Shown here: positions 1 to 45,543 of the stretch, piece after piece | How positions within the stretch are numbered: position 1 is the first letter of the stretch | Layout of the letters: every line of letters begins with the position of its first letter | Assembly (NCBI GenBank): GCA_013265495.1 | Contig: MU058769.1 | Coordinates: forward strand, 830,477 to 894,476 | Length of the DNA: 64,000 nt | From: Vicugna vicugna | Taxonomy: Eukaryota | Direction: 5' to 3' | Notes under the pieces: generated by a model | Database searches by the model: none | Seen by the model: only the letters and a program-made list of their open reading frames with translations | Told to the model about the DNA's origin: nothing | Program-made: the position numbers and the translations under genes

Positions 1-1491
<1,491 letters not shown>

Positions 1492-1539
1492 GGTCTCCCT
1501 CGGGAAACCGCGAAAGCGCGCTTCTCCGGAGCATCTTGC

Positions 1540-1905
1540 CTGCTTGACTGAGCCCCTATTTTAACCCTTGGGCATAGTGGCGACGCCCCCTTTTCAAGCT
1601 GCTCAGCCAATCCCCTCTCCTTAGTGGTCCGTGCTGGGGATTAGCACCCAGGAACAGTAGGCGGAGCCAGAGCTGCCAATGCGGCTCCCTTGGGTGTCAT
1701 GTTGCAACGACCCCCTTGGGAGGGGAGGATTGCCTCAGTTTCCCCTTCTGGGCTGGTGCCCCAGTCCAGCAGCCTAAAGATCTCTTCCTGGGAAAGGCTA
1801 TTTGGTGAGGCTTAGGTGACCAAGATACAGAGTGGGTCCCTGGCATTCGCACCGCTTCCCCAGGAGCTCAGCCCCCTGGGGCCCATCCTCAGGAATTCCC
1901 CATCC
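1540..1905 (-). promoter_or_regulatory. CYP27B1 proximal promoter
   Basis: AT-rich TTAAAATA (minus) at about 1557-1564, GC-rich element about 1580-1590, CCAAT at 1607-1611, kB-like GGGGAATTCC (minus) at 1892-1901, all just upstream of the ATG at 1491. Confidence 0.6.
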
Positions 1906-2969
1906 GCCAGCTCCTCAGGGAGGGAGGCAGGGAAGGAAGCTATAGCTGTCCTCTGACTCCTGGCTCGTCTGGCCGCACCTTTTCTGTGTGTGAGCAGAAT
2001 TCTCCTGCACTACCACGTCTCCCCCTCTGCACCTGACACTGGGCAGACGGCAGGCGGATTAATGGGTTACAATGGCTCTGGGAGCCTTCATCTTCATTCC
2101 TTTTAGGTCCACAAGCCCTGGCCATGAGAATTTGGAACTTGAGAAAGATAAAGGAACTTCTTGCAGATTAGAAAAGTTCAGAGACTAATCTGGGCTCCTG
2201 GACAAAGCAAGGGATAAGTGAGTGCTCTGAATCTCCAGCTGACTCAGTCCCCTTTTGGGGGCTTTCTAGCCAGCAGCCCCTTTCTACTGTTAGCCTCAGA
2301 ATCCTCCCCAGTTCAGCTCTCTGATCCTCACCCCCGACCCCCACCCCCAGGTCAGGCTCTGTGCCAGCCAGTCAGCTCTGGAGTTCTGGAATCAAAGGTC
2401 AACATGAAAAAGGAGAGGGTCTCCACCACCACACCCCCCAGGGACTCTCCAGAGACAACTACAATAAAGACACTACAGATTCCCCAGGTCAAATCTTAGC
2501 CAGGGGGAGGACAGGAGTGACGCACATTCTGGCCTTTCCTGCAAAACAGCAGCATGGGCATGTGCACACGTAGACATGTTACCCCAGAACTGCAAAGTAA
2601 ACACAAGTGGGCAGGTGACTCAAGTCTAGCAGGCAGTTTAGATGGACAGTGGAGAACTGCATTCCTCACTCCAGCTGACGAGAGATCCCAGAAGGAGAAG
2701 GGAGTGCTAAGGGGCGTAAAACCCCACACTCTTCCAAAGATCCCTTCTGGTCCAAGGTCTTTTGACTTTCCCAGTCAGCTTCTTTTGCTTTCTGCTGGCA
2801 CTAGAAGGGCAAGAAGGTGAGAGGACTCAGGGACAGTCGTTCTGCCCTGGGTAGTTCCTCAATTTCTGAGAGGTTCGTTGCCTCCCAGCCCTAGCAGGTT
2901 CAGCTGGGAAGGTCCTGGGACCCGATCTTCTTTCCAGTCCTTGGAAGATGGGGTCCAGCTAAGGCAAAG

Positions 2970-12842
<9,873 letters not shown>

Positions 12843-14356
12843 CGTCACCCTTCCGTTCCTCTGAACCCCTTCTTCTAATGAAGGAACTGCCATATCTCCA
12901 AAGCCATAAACATAAGGATCAAAAAGGATGGATTTCCCTTGCCTCAGTCTTTTCTCCTGCCCTCTTTGTTTCTCAAGATACTCTTGGGCAGGTGCAGAGG
13001 GGAGCTGCTTGCTAGGAATACTAGAGCCCTAGCTGTACTGGCTTAGAGTGCAGAGGAAGTTCCCAGTTCCTGTTCTCAGCGGAGGAAGGTGAGATGATAG
13101 CCAAGATTTTAAGGGGGGAAGGTAAATGGGATGTGAGAGCAGTGGCTGCAGAAAGATGGTCACAGTCCCTTCTAGTTCTGCTATTGTCTTTTTATACAGA
13201 ATGGATTTTTCCCCCCAGATTGTACTGGACTTTTTTTTTTCTTTAAAGGGAAAGAAATGAGCATTAAAGATCCCTTCTGCATCCACAGAACTCAGGCTTT
13301 TACTGGGTGGCTGAAGCAAGAAACCTCAAGCCACCAACCTCTTGCTCCTAGAGATAGACTCTGCTGGGACCATGGCTCTAATTGGGTCAAGTCCTCCCAG
13401 CCCTGAAGTTGGGGATAGACAGCAGAGCTGTCCTTTGAACAGTAGCTCCATCATCTTTTTTTGGAGTTGAAGCCCTGATCACTAAGTACCAGGCTCTCCT
13501 CTTTGATTTTTCTTTAAGTTTCCAAGCCCCACCAGTCCTCCCTTCCTAATGTGTTTTGCCTTCACCTCTTTTCTCCTCCCACTGTGGGACCTCTCGATAG
13601 GGCTCTCTTTACCTACTCCTGGGCCACACATCACCTCCTCTGGCCTCCTGGCCTCCATTCATTACCCTTCAAACCATTTTATAAATTCTTGCGATCTTCC
13701 AAAATCAGCTCTGATTAGTTTCTGCTGCTGCCAAGAGAAGCAAGAATAAGCTCTCCTGCTTAGTACTCAGTCTATCCCATATGATCCCAAATTACCCTTC
13801 GACTTCATTTCCTACTGGTTTCCTACATGTATTGCAACCTCTGGCCAAATTACAAAAGGTCTACTCTTTGTTCCCTAAATCCAGACCAAAATTCCCTGAC
13901 TTCTTCCTTCATTCTTTTTGGTGATTCCCTGCCTGAAAGTGCAATTCCTACCTATCAAAATCTTTATTAGTCTTAGCCTCTTTCCTGAAAAAAGCCTTTC
14001 CTGAGCCTCCTGTTTGAATATGATTTCTTTCTCCCTTGAGATCCTTTAACTGTTCATCTTGTGGGACTTGCCTTGTGTGATCATGTGCCTGCTCCCTATT
14101 TTCTCACCATTAGATGACCTTGGAGGATAGGGCTACGGTTTACTTCTCTGTCATTCTCTGAAGCCTAGCACAGTTCCTGGCACACAATTGGTGTTCAACA
14201 AAGATTTCTGTTCATTCAACAAATATTTGCTTGGTTTGTTGGAGGGACTCCCCCCAACCTTCCTAGGTGGGCTTGGCCAAACTTCTGAACCCACCCTCCT
14301 ACCTCACAAGTTTTTCGTGAGTCATAAATGGATAATGAATACGAAAGCGCATTAGA

Positions 14357-14362
14357 AATAAA
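14357..14362 (+). terminator. Probable EEF1AKMT3 distal poly(A) signal AATAAA
   Basis: AATAAA followed about 20 nt later by GU-rich gtgttttgtatgcttattt; a variant ATTAAA also occurs at 13263-13268. Confidence 0.6.
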
Positions 14363-14597
14363 CATAAAGTGTTACCACGTGTTTTGTATGCTTATTTGGC
14401 GACAACTCTGTCTCATGGTTTCTGTTATTTTACCTTATAAGCCACGTTGGGGAGGCAAACGCGCCCCGCCTCCGGTCAGCAGGTGGCGCCGTCCCCGCTT
14501 GGCGCGGTCCGGCGGGGAAGTTTGGCCTCGCCGCCACGCCGTAGGCCCGTGGCCTCACCGGCGCGCCGGCCGGCGACAGTGTACCGCCACCAGAGAG

Positions 14598-22706
<8,109 letters not shown>

Positions 22707-22874
22707 GTTCCAGAGATATTAGGCCCAGGAGGAAATGTTTATTCTTAACTCCGGACATCATTATAAGCAGAAGTTATTTCCTAAGCCTCTTCACACCCAG
22801 AATTTGTTTTTCATTTGAGTTCGTAATGAAATTATATACTTCGTGGGTAAAGTCATTAAATAGAATTGTTATAC

Positions 22875-22880
22875 AATAAA
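22875..22880 (+). terminator. TSFM poly(A) signal AATAAA (ATTAAA at 22855-22860)
   Basis: About 170 nt after the stop, followed by U/GU-rich sequence. Confidence 0.65.
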
Positions 22881-23564
22881 GAAAGTAGCATGTTTTCCTC
22901 GTTTGCATAATGCTGGTCCAGCTCTTTTGTGCTAGACTTGTGAGGGTTTTAGAAAACAACAGGTGGGCCTTCTTGAAGTGACTGAGCGTCTGGAAGAACA
23001 GGCATTACCAGCTGCCTGCTGCTGCTTCAACACAGATTTATGACGGTGCCCCTAACACATCTAGCCCCTTCTAGCCTGCTCCTCCTGTGACATAGAACTC
23101 TCTTCTTCGGCTTTGCTTTGTGATGCTTTCGGCTGTGCTTCCATCCTGGAGCTTCCCTGGTTACATTACTTGTGCCACATGGATTCCTTTGGAATTGTTG
23201 ACTTAAACTTGGAGTTGCCTGGAAAATGTGGTTCATGTGTTGATGTCTGTAGCGTGCTTTGAAGGCTCTCTGTAGTGGTACACACACTGGTTCTGGCCTC
23301 ATTACTGAAATTAATAACACATAGCCCTGTTTCTCTTCTGGATAGTGGGGTGTGGATGGGTGGGTTCTGAGGTTTCCTGGACAGCTGTAAGGCAGATTTC
23401 AGCATTCTTGTGCCAGAAACAGGAATTCCAGTTATCCAGAGAGCTCATTCAGCAGTGCCTCTTTGCTTCCCTGTTTGAGACATTTCTCCCAACATAACAA
23501 AATAGTTACCATAACAGGCAGACCCAGAATACTGAAAGGACTTCCATTTGCTAATACAGGCATT

Positions 23565-23570
23565 TTTATT
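23565..23570 (-). terminator. Probable AVIL poly(A) signal AATAAA
   Basis: tttatt on the plus strand about 460 nt past the AVIL stop. Confidence 0.55.
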
Positions 23571-24032
23571 TGAAAATTTAAAAATCTCTCGCACATTTAG
23601 ATCTGAGCATTTAGATTTTGACTTTGGGTATATGTGTGAATAACTTCAGTGATTTGTGGGTTAAATAAGCAATATATCGATCTTAAAAGTTAAAGCAAAC
23701 TTAGGTTCTTGCCCCAATATTAAACACTTAAAACTTAGTTTTTTTGTTCTCTTACTTTTGACTTCTCCAGATTCATGCAGTTTTAGTGCTTTCTGCTGAG
23801 GCTTGAGCCAGAAGGCCACAAAAACCACAAAGTCAGTGTTAACATTCTAGGCATATAACAACTAAGGATTGCAGGAATGAGAGAAATGGAGACCATGCTG
23901 TGATTTGCAGACCCTACTACATCTACATTAAGCAGCTGGATGTTAGGGAAAAATTAGTAGATAAATTCTTTCCTGATACTGGCACTATCTGCTGTCTTCT
24001 GTGATCTTGTAATAGGCAGATGCCTTCTTGCC

Positions 24033-38818
<14,786 letters not shown>

Positions 38819-40970
38819 GCTGCTGTCTTCCTGGGCCTGGAACTTCACAGAGCAAGCGGGGAGATGACAGCAGGCGTCCAGCCAGCTTTCCTCCTAAGTC
38901 ACTTCCCAACTGCTTATCAGCCACCCGGCCACGTCCTTGTGGGGCATCCCTGCACTGTCTCACAGCTGAGGGAAATGACTCGTCCAAGATCACGCCTCAA
39001 GCCTGGCTGGCTCGGGGATCCCCACCGGAAGTTCTGCTCCCCGCTTGCCCCTTCCCTAGTTAGGAGCTCTAGTAAAAGCCACAGTTATTTACCGAAGGGA
39101 CGACAAATATGTTAAACCCTGTGTTGATTCACTTTATGTCGTCTCATTTAATTCTCCTAAGCTGAGTATATTTTCTTCACCTTATATTGTGGGAAAATCG
39201 AGGTTCAGAGAGGTTAAATAATTTATTCAAGTTCACACACTAGGACGAAATCCGTATCTGATCCTAAAACCTGTGCTCTTTTTTTTAGTCACTTTGATGT
39301 ACTGCAGCCCTTCCTAATTTATCTAGTCAGTGGCACACGGGACTGAAAAGCTGACGTCAGAATATGTATTTCCAAACTGGGTTTCCTTCTCGTTCTCGTT
39401 CCCTCTAACTCTTCCCAGATCCCCTGCTTTGCCAGGTCCTCTCCACACTCAACTCTTTGGACTTTTCCTTTCCAGACTATTTTCTTTTAAGTAAACTATC
39501 CAAAAACTCAACCCATCTTGCTTTTGTCATATGACTAACACGTTCCCTGTGCCTCACAGAAGAAAAAGTAAAATGGCAAGGCTGGGCCTGGGACCCAGAG
39601 CGCGGGGCGCCAGCAGGGGAAGGCAGGCGAGGCCTGTGGGCAGACGCCCTCCTCGCTACCCCACCCTGACCGAGCCGGTGGCGCTGCGGGGACGGGGAGA
39701 GGTGAAGGGAAGCCCTGCGGGCTGTGTGCGGTCTCTAGTCAACGTGCGTCAAGCACCTACACGCATCTGTGGTCACACGGGCTGTAGACAATGAAAATGC
39801 TGGCCTGGTCCTTGTTCTCAAGGGGCTTGCAGTCCGATGCTAATACACATCAGTGTGTACTGTGAGTGCTCCCGAGAGGCAAAGGAAAAAGGATTCATTT
39901 GATGGATTTACACAGGATGAGAAAACACTCAGAAAGGACTAGCTGAGGTTTGCCATTTGGAGGCACGCTGAGCTTGTTAAGAGGGGCACGCCTGGCCATT
40001 CTTTCCCTGAGCCTTGGTGGGGGAGCCCAGGGTTGGAGAACATGTGCCATTACCTAGTACGGACATTGGCAAAACAACCAAAGACAAACAAAAACCTCCC
40101 TTTGTCTACTCGCTGCTATAGCAGGCCTAAAGCCGAGCAGTGACGCGGAACAGCCAGTATTTGAGGACTTAATTTGATAACTGGCCCTGCCCCGCCCTAT
40201 GCTGCTCAGAATTGCCGGGAAATATTTGTTCAGGTTTTCTTCAGACCCTAGATTTCAGTCATTAAAGGTAAATGCTGTGACCCAGGTAAGGGAAGGGGCC
40301 AAGGGGCAGTGAATTCATTCCTTGGAGATAGAGAAGTGTCAGCCTGGTAAAGGCCAGACCAAAGGCACTGACTAGGACTGTGAGTCCAGGGGCCAGAAGC
40401 AGTCCCGTTTCCCAGCAGGGACGCAGCAGTCGAGCTCTTTGGGCCAGGGCCCCCAAAATGCAGGAGAGGACATGCTCAAAGAAGGGACTTACTGCCACAC
40501 TGGAACACCCAGAAAATGCGGCTCCATCTGTGACGGCAAAGCCCCCCAAGCTCGATCTCTCCCTAGTCCGCAAGTCCTAGCTTAACTCAGCACCCTGGGA
40601 CCACCGCACGAGCCCCTGGGTGGGGTCCAGTGGCCTTTCATTCCTACTGACAGTCCTGTAAGTGGACCCTAAGCAGAGGAAGCTGCTTTTAACTTCTGCC
40701 TTGCCCCATTCCGTCTTTCTGAGATGGCTGAATGGAGTCTTCCCCACCTTCCCCAGCTTTTGAAAATGTGCCTTATGTTTAGTGGTCTCTGAAAGACACC
40801 TCAGCTTCTCAGCAGGAAGTCTGCAAAACTGGTCACAAACTCCTGGTTTAACCCTTTAAAAGCCTCACCCAAGAAGACAAAGTCAAGGAGATTTCAACCT
40901 CCTCCTCCTCTTCTTTCTCATTCAGTAAACTTGCTCTACCGACGTGAACCCGTAAGCCAAAAGCCCTTAC

Positions 40971-41160
40971 CTTGCCTTCTCTCTCACCAGTAGTCCCCGT
41001 TCTCTGGCAGGTAAGCAGCAGTGGTGACAGGAGCCACCCCAAAGTGGGCGGCTCCAGGCCCAGCTGCCTTAGCTTAGTAATGGCGCACAGACACCAGGCT
41101 ATATTTGCTTGGATTTGCATCGTAACCGCATTTTCTGAGTCCTGGCCAATCACGGCCAAC
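40971..41160 (-). promoter_or_regulatory. AVIL: Putative AVIL promoter and non-coding first exon
   Basis: Donor AAG|GTAAGG at 40971/40970; TATA-like AAATATAG at about 41098-41106, octamer ATTTGCAT 41113-41120, CCAAT 41146-41150; matching acceptor at 38838-38837, 18 nt before the ATG. Inferred; no transcript data. Confidence 0.55.
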
Positions 41161-41913
41161 CGAGCCCTGGGCCTGACTTACTCAAAGCAGAGGGAAAGCT
41201 TTATCTGTTCCTATTCAAAACAGCAGAAACAGTAAGAGCAGACTTTTAAAGGCTTCTGTTCTTTTAACTCCGGCTCCACGCCCTGATCTAATTGATTTTT
41301 TTAAAGTGCACAGCCCATCAATAATGCAGGACAGAGGGAGGATATGAAATTTGCCATATTGTAGATATGGATGCATTACACTGACGACTGGAGGCAGGGG
41401 CTGGGGCTGCCCGCTCAGCTCCTGCCATGTCCAGGCTGGCGAGGGCCTCCCTGAGAAGCTTCTGGGCATTTCTCAGAGGGGAAGTTTTGCCCCTTTGGGT
41501 CTCTCTTGGAGTCAGAGGTCAGTCCAATCAGTACCTGAGTGCCTACTATGTGCCAAGAACCATGCTGGGCTCTGTGTTTCAAGGGTCCTGGTTTGGGAAA
41601 GTCAGTAAGGGGCACAGGGGAATGAAGCCTCCAAGTCCCTTGGGGCTTCTGGTTCGCCCCCAGAAGTCAACAGGACACCAAGCATATGCTTATTAAGCAC
41701 CTGGATGACAGTGGCCTTGATTCCACAGGGGGGCCGGGGAAGAGCTAACGTAGCCCGACTTCTGTTACCTTGAGCAAAACCCCAGTGCTGAGTGCGCCAG
41801 CCCGGGCGCTCCAGCTTCGTCTTGACAGGAGTTTTGAGGGAAGGAGGGGGTAGTGCCCGAATGAACAACGGAAGGGTCAGCTCCCATTCACAGATGGGTT
41901 TTTTAAACCCACT

Positions 41914-41919
41914 TTTATT
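41914..41919 (-). terminator. CTDSP2 distal poly(A) signal AATAAA (proximal AATAAA at 42664-42669)
   Basis: tttatt on plus in AU-rich context, implying a 3'UTR of about 3.6 kb after the stop at 45544. Confidence 0.65.
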
Positions 41920-44900
41920 AATTAATTGTAAGTAATACAAATATTCCAAAAATATAAACAGACACTTAATGGCGTCCTACATTTCAAGTTTTTGAATACA
42001 ACAGATTTATCAAACCATGAATCTGTAAGCAAGGTAGTCAGAACCCCACGCCCAGCCCAGTGGGAAGCAGATCTCCCCCACCCCTCCAAACGGCATCTTG
42101 AAGAGGATTAAGTGGCACGACATGGAAACGTGTCAAACTGGAGATAAGGACCAGCACAGAAGCTCACACCTGAGAGGAGGGTCTGCCCCAGGGGCGGGCC
42201 CAACAGCATTAAAGGAACGGGCAGCGGGGCAGACCTCCACCTCCCCTCCCCTGCTTGAATGTGAGTATTTACTGGCATTGAACAAATAAAAAGGACAAAA
42301 ATAAAACTCCATTTTACAAAAAAGGCGACTGAGGGACAACAGTGGTAAGCTGAAGACCTGAAGACCTGAAGGGAAAACAGGCTGACCTTCCTCGGACACT
42401 TGACCTGGCTGGGACACGGGATGTGGGACAGCCTGACGGGGGGGCTGCCTTCCTGAACGAGGCCTCGGGAGCAGGGCAGGGGCAGCAAGACAGAACAGGA
42501 TCCATCTCCTAAGGAATGGCTGCCTTTAGACTTCCCATGCTTTCAGCACAGAGAAGCTTCTGGGCTGCTGTTCAGAGGTGAATTTATACACTTACAAAAT
42601 GGTCAAAAGCTTTGGGAGGCAGGAGGGAATTAAAGACAAGGTCCCAGGTTAACTGAAAGCAAATTTATTCAACCTCTATAGTAAGGGACCCATGGGCCTA
42701 CAGAGTGTCCCCTCTACAATGTGCAGAGTAGAAACTCTTACCTGACCCTTTCCAAACTGGTCCTGTGTCCAAAGCTCCCCCTATGAGAGGGACACGAACA
42801 TCAGGCTTTTGATTTCGAAGCCCAATCAGAGAGACACACTGTGTCCCTGAAGAGGCACCTTAAAGAACTGAACCTGGCAGATGGGCAGATTCCCGGCATG
42901 GCTTGAACTGGGGTTGACCGGGTGCGCTGGCTTATTACTTCCTGAAGCCCAGCCTCAAACAGGAAGGGTTGGTGGGAACCCCAGGAACAGATCCTGGGGT
43001 GCACTAGCTCCCTCCCAGTCTTGCCCTCCTCCAAATGAGTCTGGGCTGATTCCTCTACGGAGCAAGTTTTGCAGTCATCACTTGCCCCTAACACACTGTG
43101 AAACTGGAAAACCAGAAAGCAAATAATGACTTCAGGCTGGCTCTGGTCCACACAGATGGACCCTGTTTAGACTTATTTGGCCGAGCTGCTTCTCCAGGGG
43201 AGGAAGGAGGGGGTAAACGAGAATGTGGCATTTCTGGTGAGGAACTGCAGGTGGGCAGGGCAGGTTCTGACAGGAACGACGCCTGTAGAGCTGGGGCTTC
43301 ATGCAGAAGCAGCGGGGACACCCACCAAGCTAACCTGGGCTCTGGCTACGAGTCACTCAGAACATGTGGACAAGCCTGCTAGGGAAGCGGGAGGCACAGG
43401 CTCTTCCTTCATCCAGAAACGTGGAGACCAAAGGAGGGCAGAAAGGCTCCTAGGAACTGGGCAAGCTTAGAGCCTCTTATTGCTTATTCAGTCAGAAAAG
43501 CTTGGCTGGACCCCATGGCAAAGATTTGGCCCAAGAGCTATCCCCTTAGGATGGGGCTTGGGAGAGAGGACCCTCCCGCGACATTAGGACAGAGGCCTAG
43601 GCCAGGGCCTTAGAATCCGAAGCTCCCGTTTTCCCCCAGGGACGTCGCTCCTGGCCAGGCCTGGGGCCCTCTTCCTCCGCCCGCAGCAGCAGAATCCCAC
43701 AGGCACCAGGAAATGATGCTAGAAGACAACCGCACGGACTTTGGGGACCCTGCTCTGCTCATGTGACACCAAAGGGAAAGACAAGGCCTCACAACCTTGG
43801 GACAAGGTGGGGAGGTGACACCACAAAGCTAGAGAGAGAGGCTAGCCAGTCAGAACCTGCTGCCGGTCCAACACCTGGTTTTCATGAAGCCGGCGAGTTC
43901 CTCAGACTGGCCCCGTGTGTGGAAATGGAAAAGGGTAACGGGGATGAGTCCTGAGTGGGCAGTGTTCTTGCACCTGAAGCGATTTACAAATGCTCTGTGA
44001 CACCTGCCTCCAGGGAAAGCAGAGACGGGGACAGGAACTCCCTCCTGCCCAGAGGGAAGGCGGGGAGGAGACAACCCCCCCAGCCCTGGGGAGGCCACGG
44101 TTAAGGCAGTGATGCTGAGGTGGGGCTCCCTTCTTGGGGGCCCCTTGTGCTCCCAATTACAGCAGCGCTTCCCCTCGGTTTTCCATCCTGGGGAAACATC
44201 CATTTTGACTATTTTTTAAAGCATTCGCTATTAAGAAACTTTGAAAGCAAAGAGACACGCAAAGCGCAGGTGTGTGAAGGGCTCACTCACACCTGTTACC
44301 ACTGGCAAGAGGCACGCACGTTAGGCTGGCAAACTAAACGGTGAGAACACCCATCCCCTCGGCAGGAAATGCAGGAGCGCCTGAGGCCCCGGAGCGCAAG
44401 AGCCACAGCCAGGAAGGGTGAAGAGGAGTGTGATCGGCACAGGCCAGGCCCTGCGGGAAGACACAAGAGAAAGAGCCCTGTCCGAGAAACAGGAAGGTGG
44501 GACACAGAGCAAAGTCCTCGCACCAGCACCAGCAGAGAATCCCTGAAGAGCAGACTTAGGGATGCAGTCCCGAGCTCAGTTGCTCTGTAAGCCGAGGGGA
44601 CACAGACATTCATGCTTTGGGGATTTTCTGCGTCCCTGCACCCCCAGGGCCTCCCACATTCATCTCGGGCCCAGGACTGAAGCTCTGTCAGAAACAAAAC
44701 AGGCCCAACACTCCATGTCTAGAAAGAACTTTTAAAAGAGTCAAAAGAACGGAAATCAGTTATCTGTCCTCTTCCAGGGCAGGGTGAAGACCTCCTTCCC
44801 CACAGGTTCAAGACTATGGCCAGGTGCTGAGGAAGGCAGGCCCGGCACCCAAGCCCTGGGGAGACACGGAAGGGGCCTGTGCCAGGCGCTCGGCCAGAGG

Positions 44901-45253
44901 CGAGCGAAGCCCTCAGGCCACAGGACCTGACGGCCCTGTGGGCTGGAAACAAGCTTTCATCTTCCCAGAAACATCCTCTTTGTCTGCAGCAGCTGGCTGG
45001 AGAAAGGTTTCAGGAAGGTGTGTAGTGGGCACCCGGGGCAGCCTCTGACCCTTCCTTTCTCCTTGGCGTAAGCCTTATAACGCTGAGGAAAGGTCGTGGG
45101 TTTGGCAACGAAGCCTTCAATAGTCTTCATCCCCACAGAGCTCAGTGGGTCAGGGTGACCAGAGAGGAGACAGATTGACTAGGGGAGTCTTGATCACTCA
45201 GCTTCTCCCCCAACCTGAAACACTTATAGCCCAGGGCCACAGTTCAAGGCCAG

Positions 45254-45320
45254 ACACACACACACACACACAAACACACTCTCTCTCTGTCTGTCTCTCT
45301 CTCTGTCTCTCTCTCACTCT
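45254..45320 (+). repeat. Compound (CA)n/(CT)n microsatellite in the CTDSP2 3'UTR
   Basis: Read directly. Confidence 0.85.
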
Positions 45321-45543
45321 TATATTTCAGAAATCCAACTCGGGGAGCCGGCAGCTCTGGGTAATGCTGGTCTGATTATCTGCCCACTTGGCATCTAACC
45401 TGTCCTAAAGCTCTTTCCAATCACTTCTGTTTCCAGGCCTCATTTGGTGAGATGCTCCAGCTTCCGCTCTGTCAGGCCGATCATAAAGGCACAGTGTAGG
45501 AAAGTCCCCTACTGGGATGGCCGTTGCTTGGCAGCAGGGAAGG

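Noticed and set aside
14160..14235. Tail-to-tail L2 ends as an L2-derived miRNA hairpin
   Set aside because: Complementarity is short and mismatched; no stem long enough for Drosha is visible.
40586..40608. REST/RE1 site near AVIL (TCAGCACC...)
   Set aside because: Left half matches but the GGACAG right half is missing at canonical spacing.
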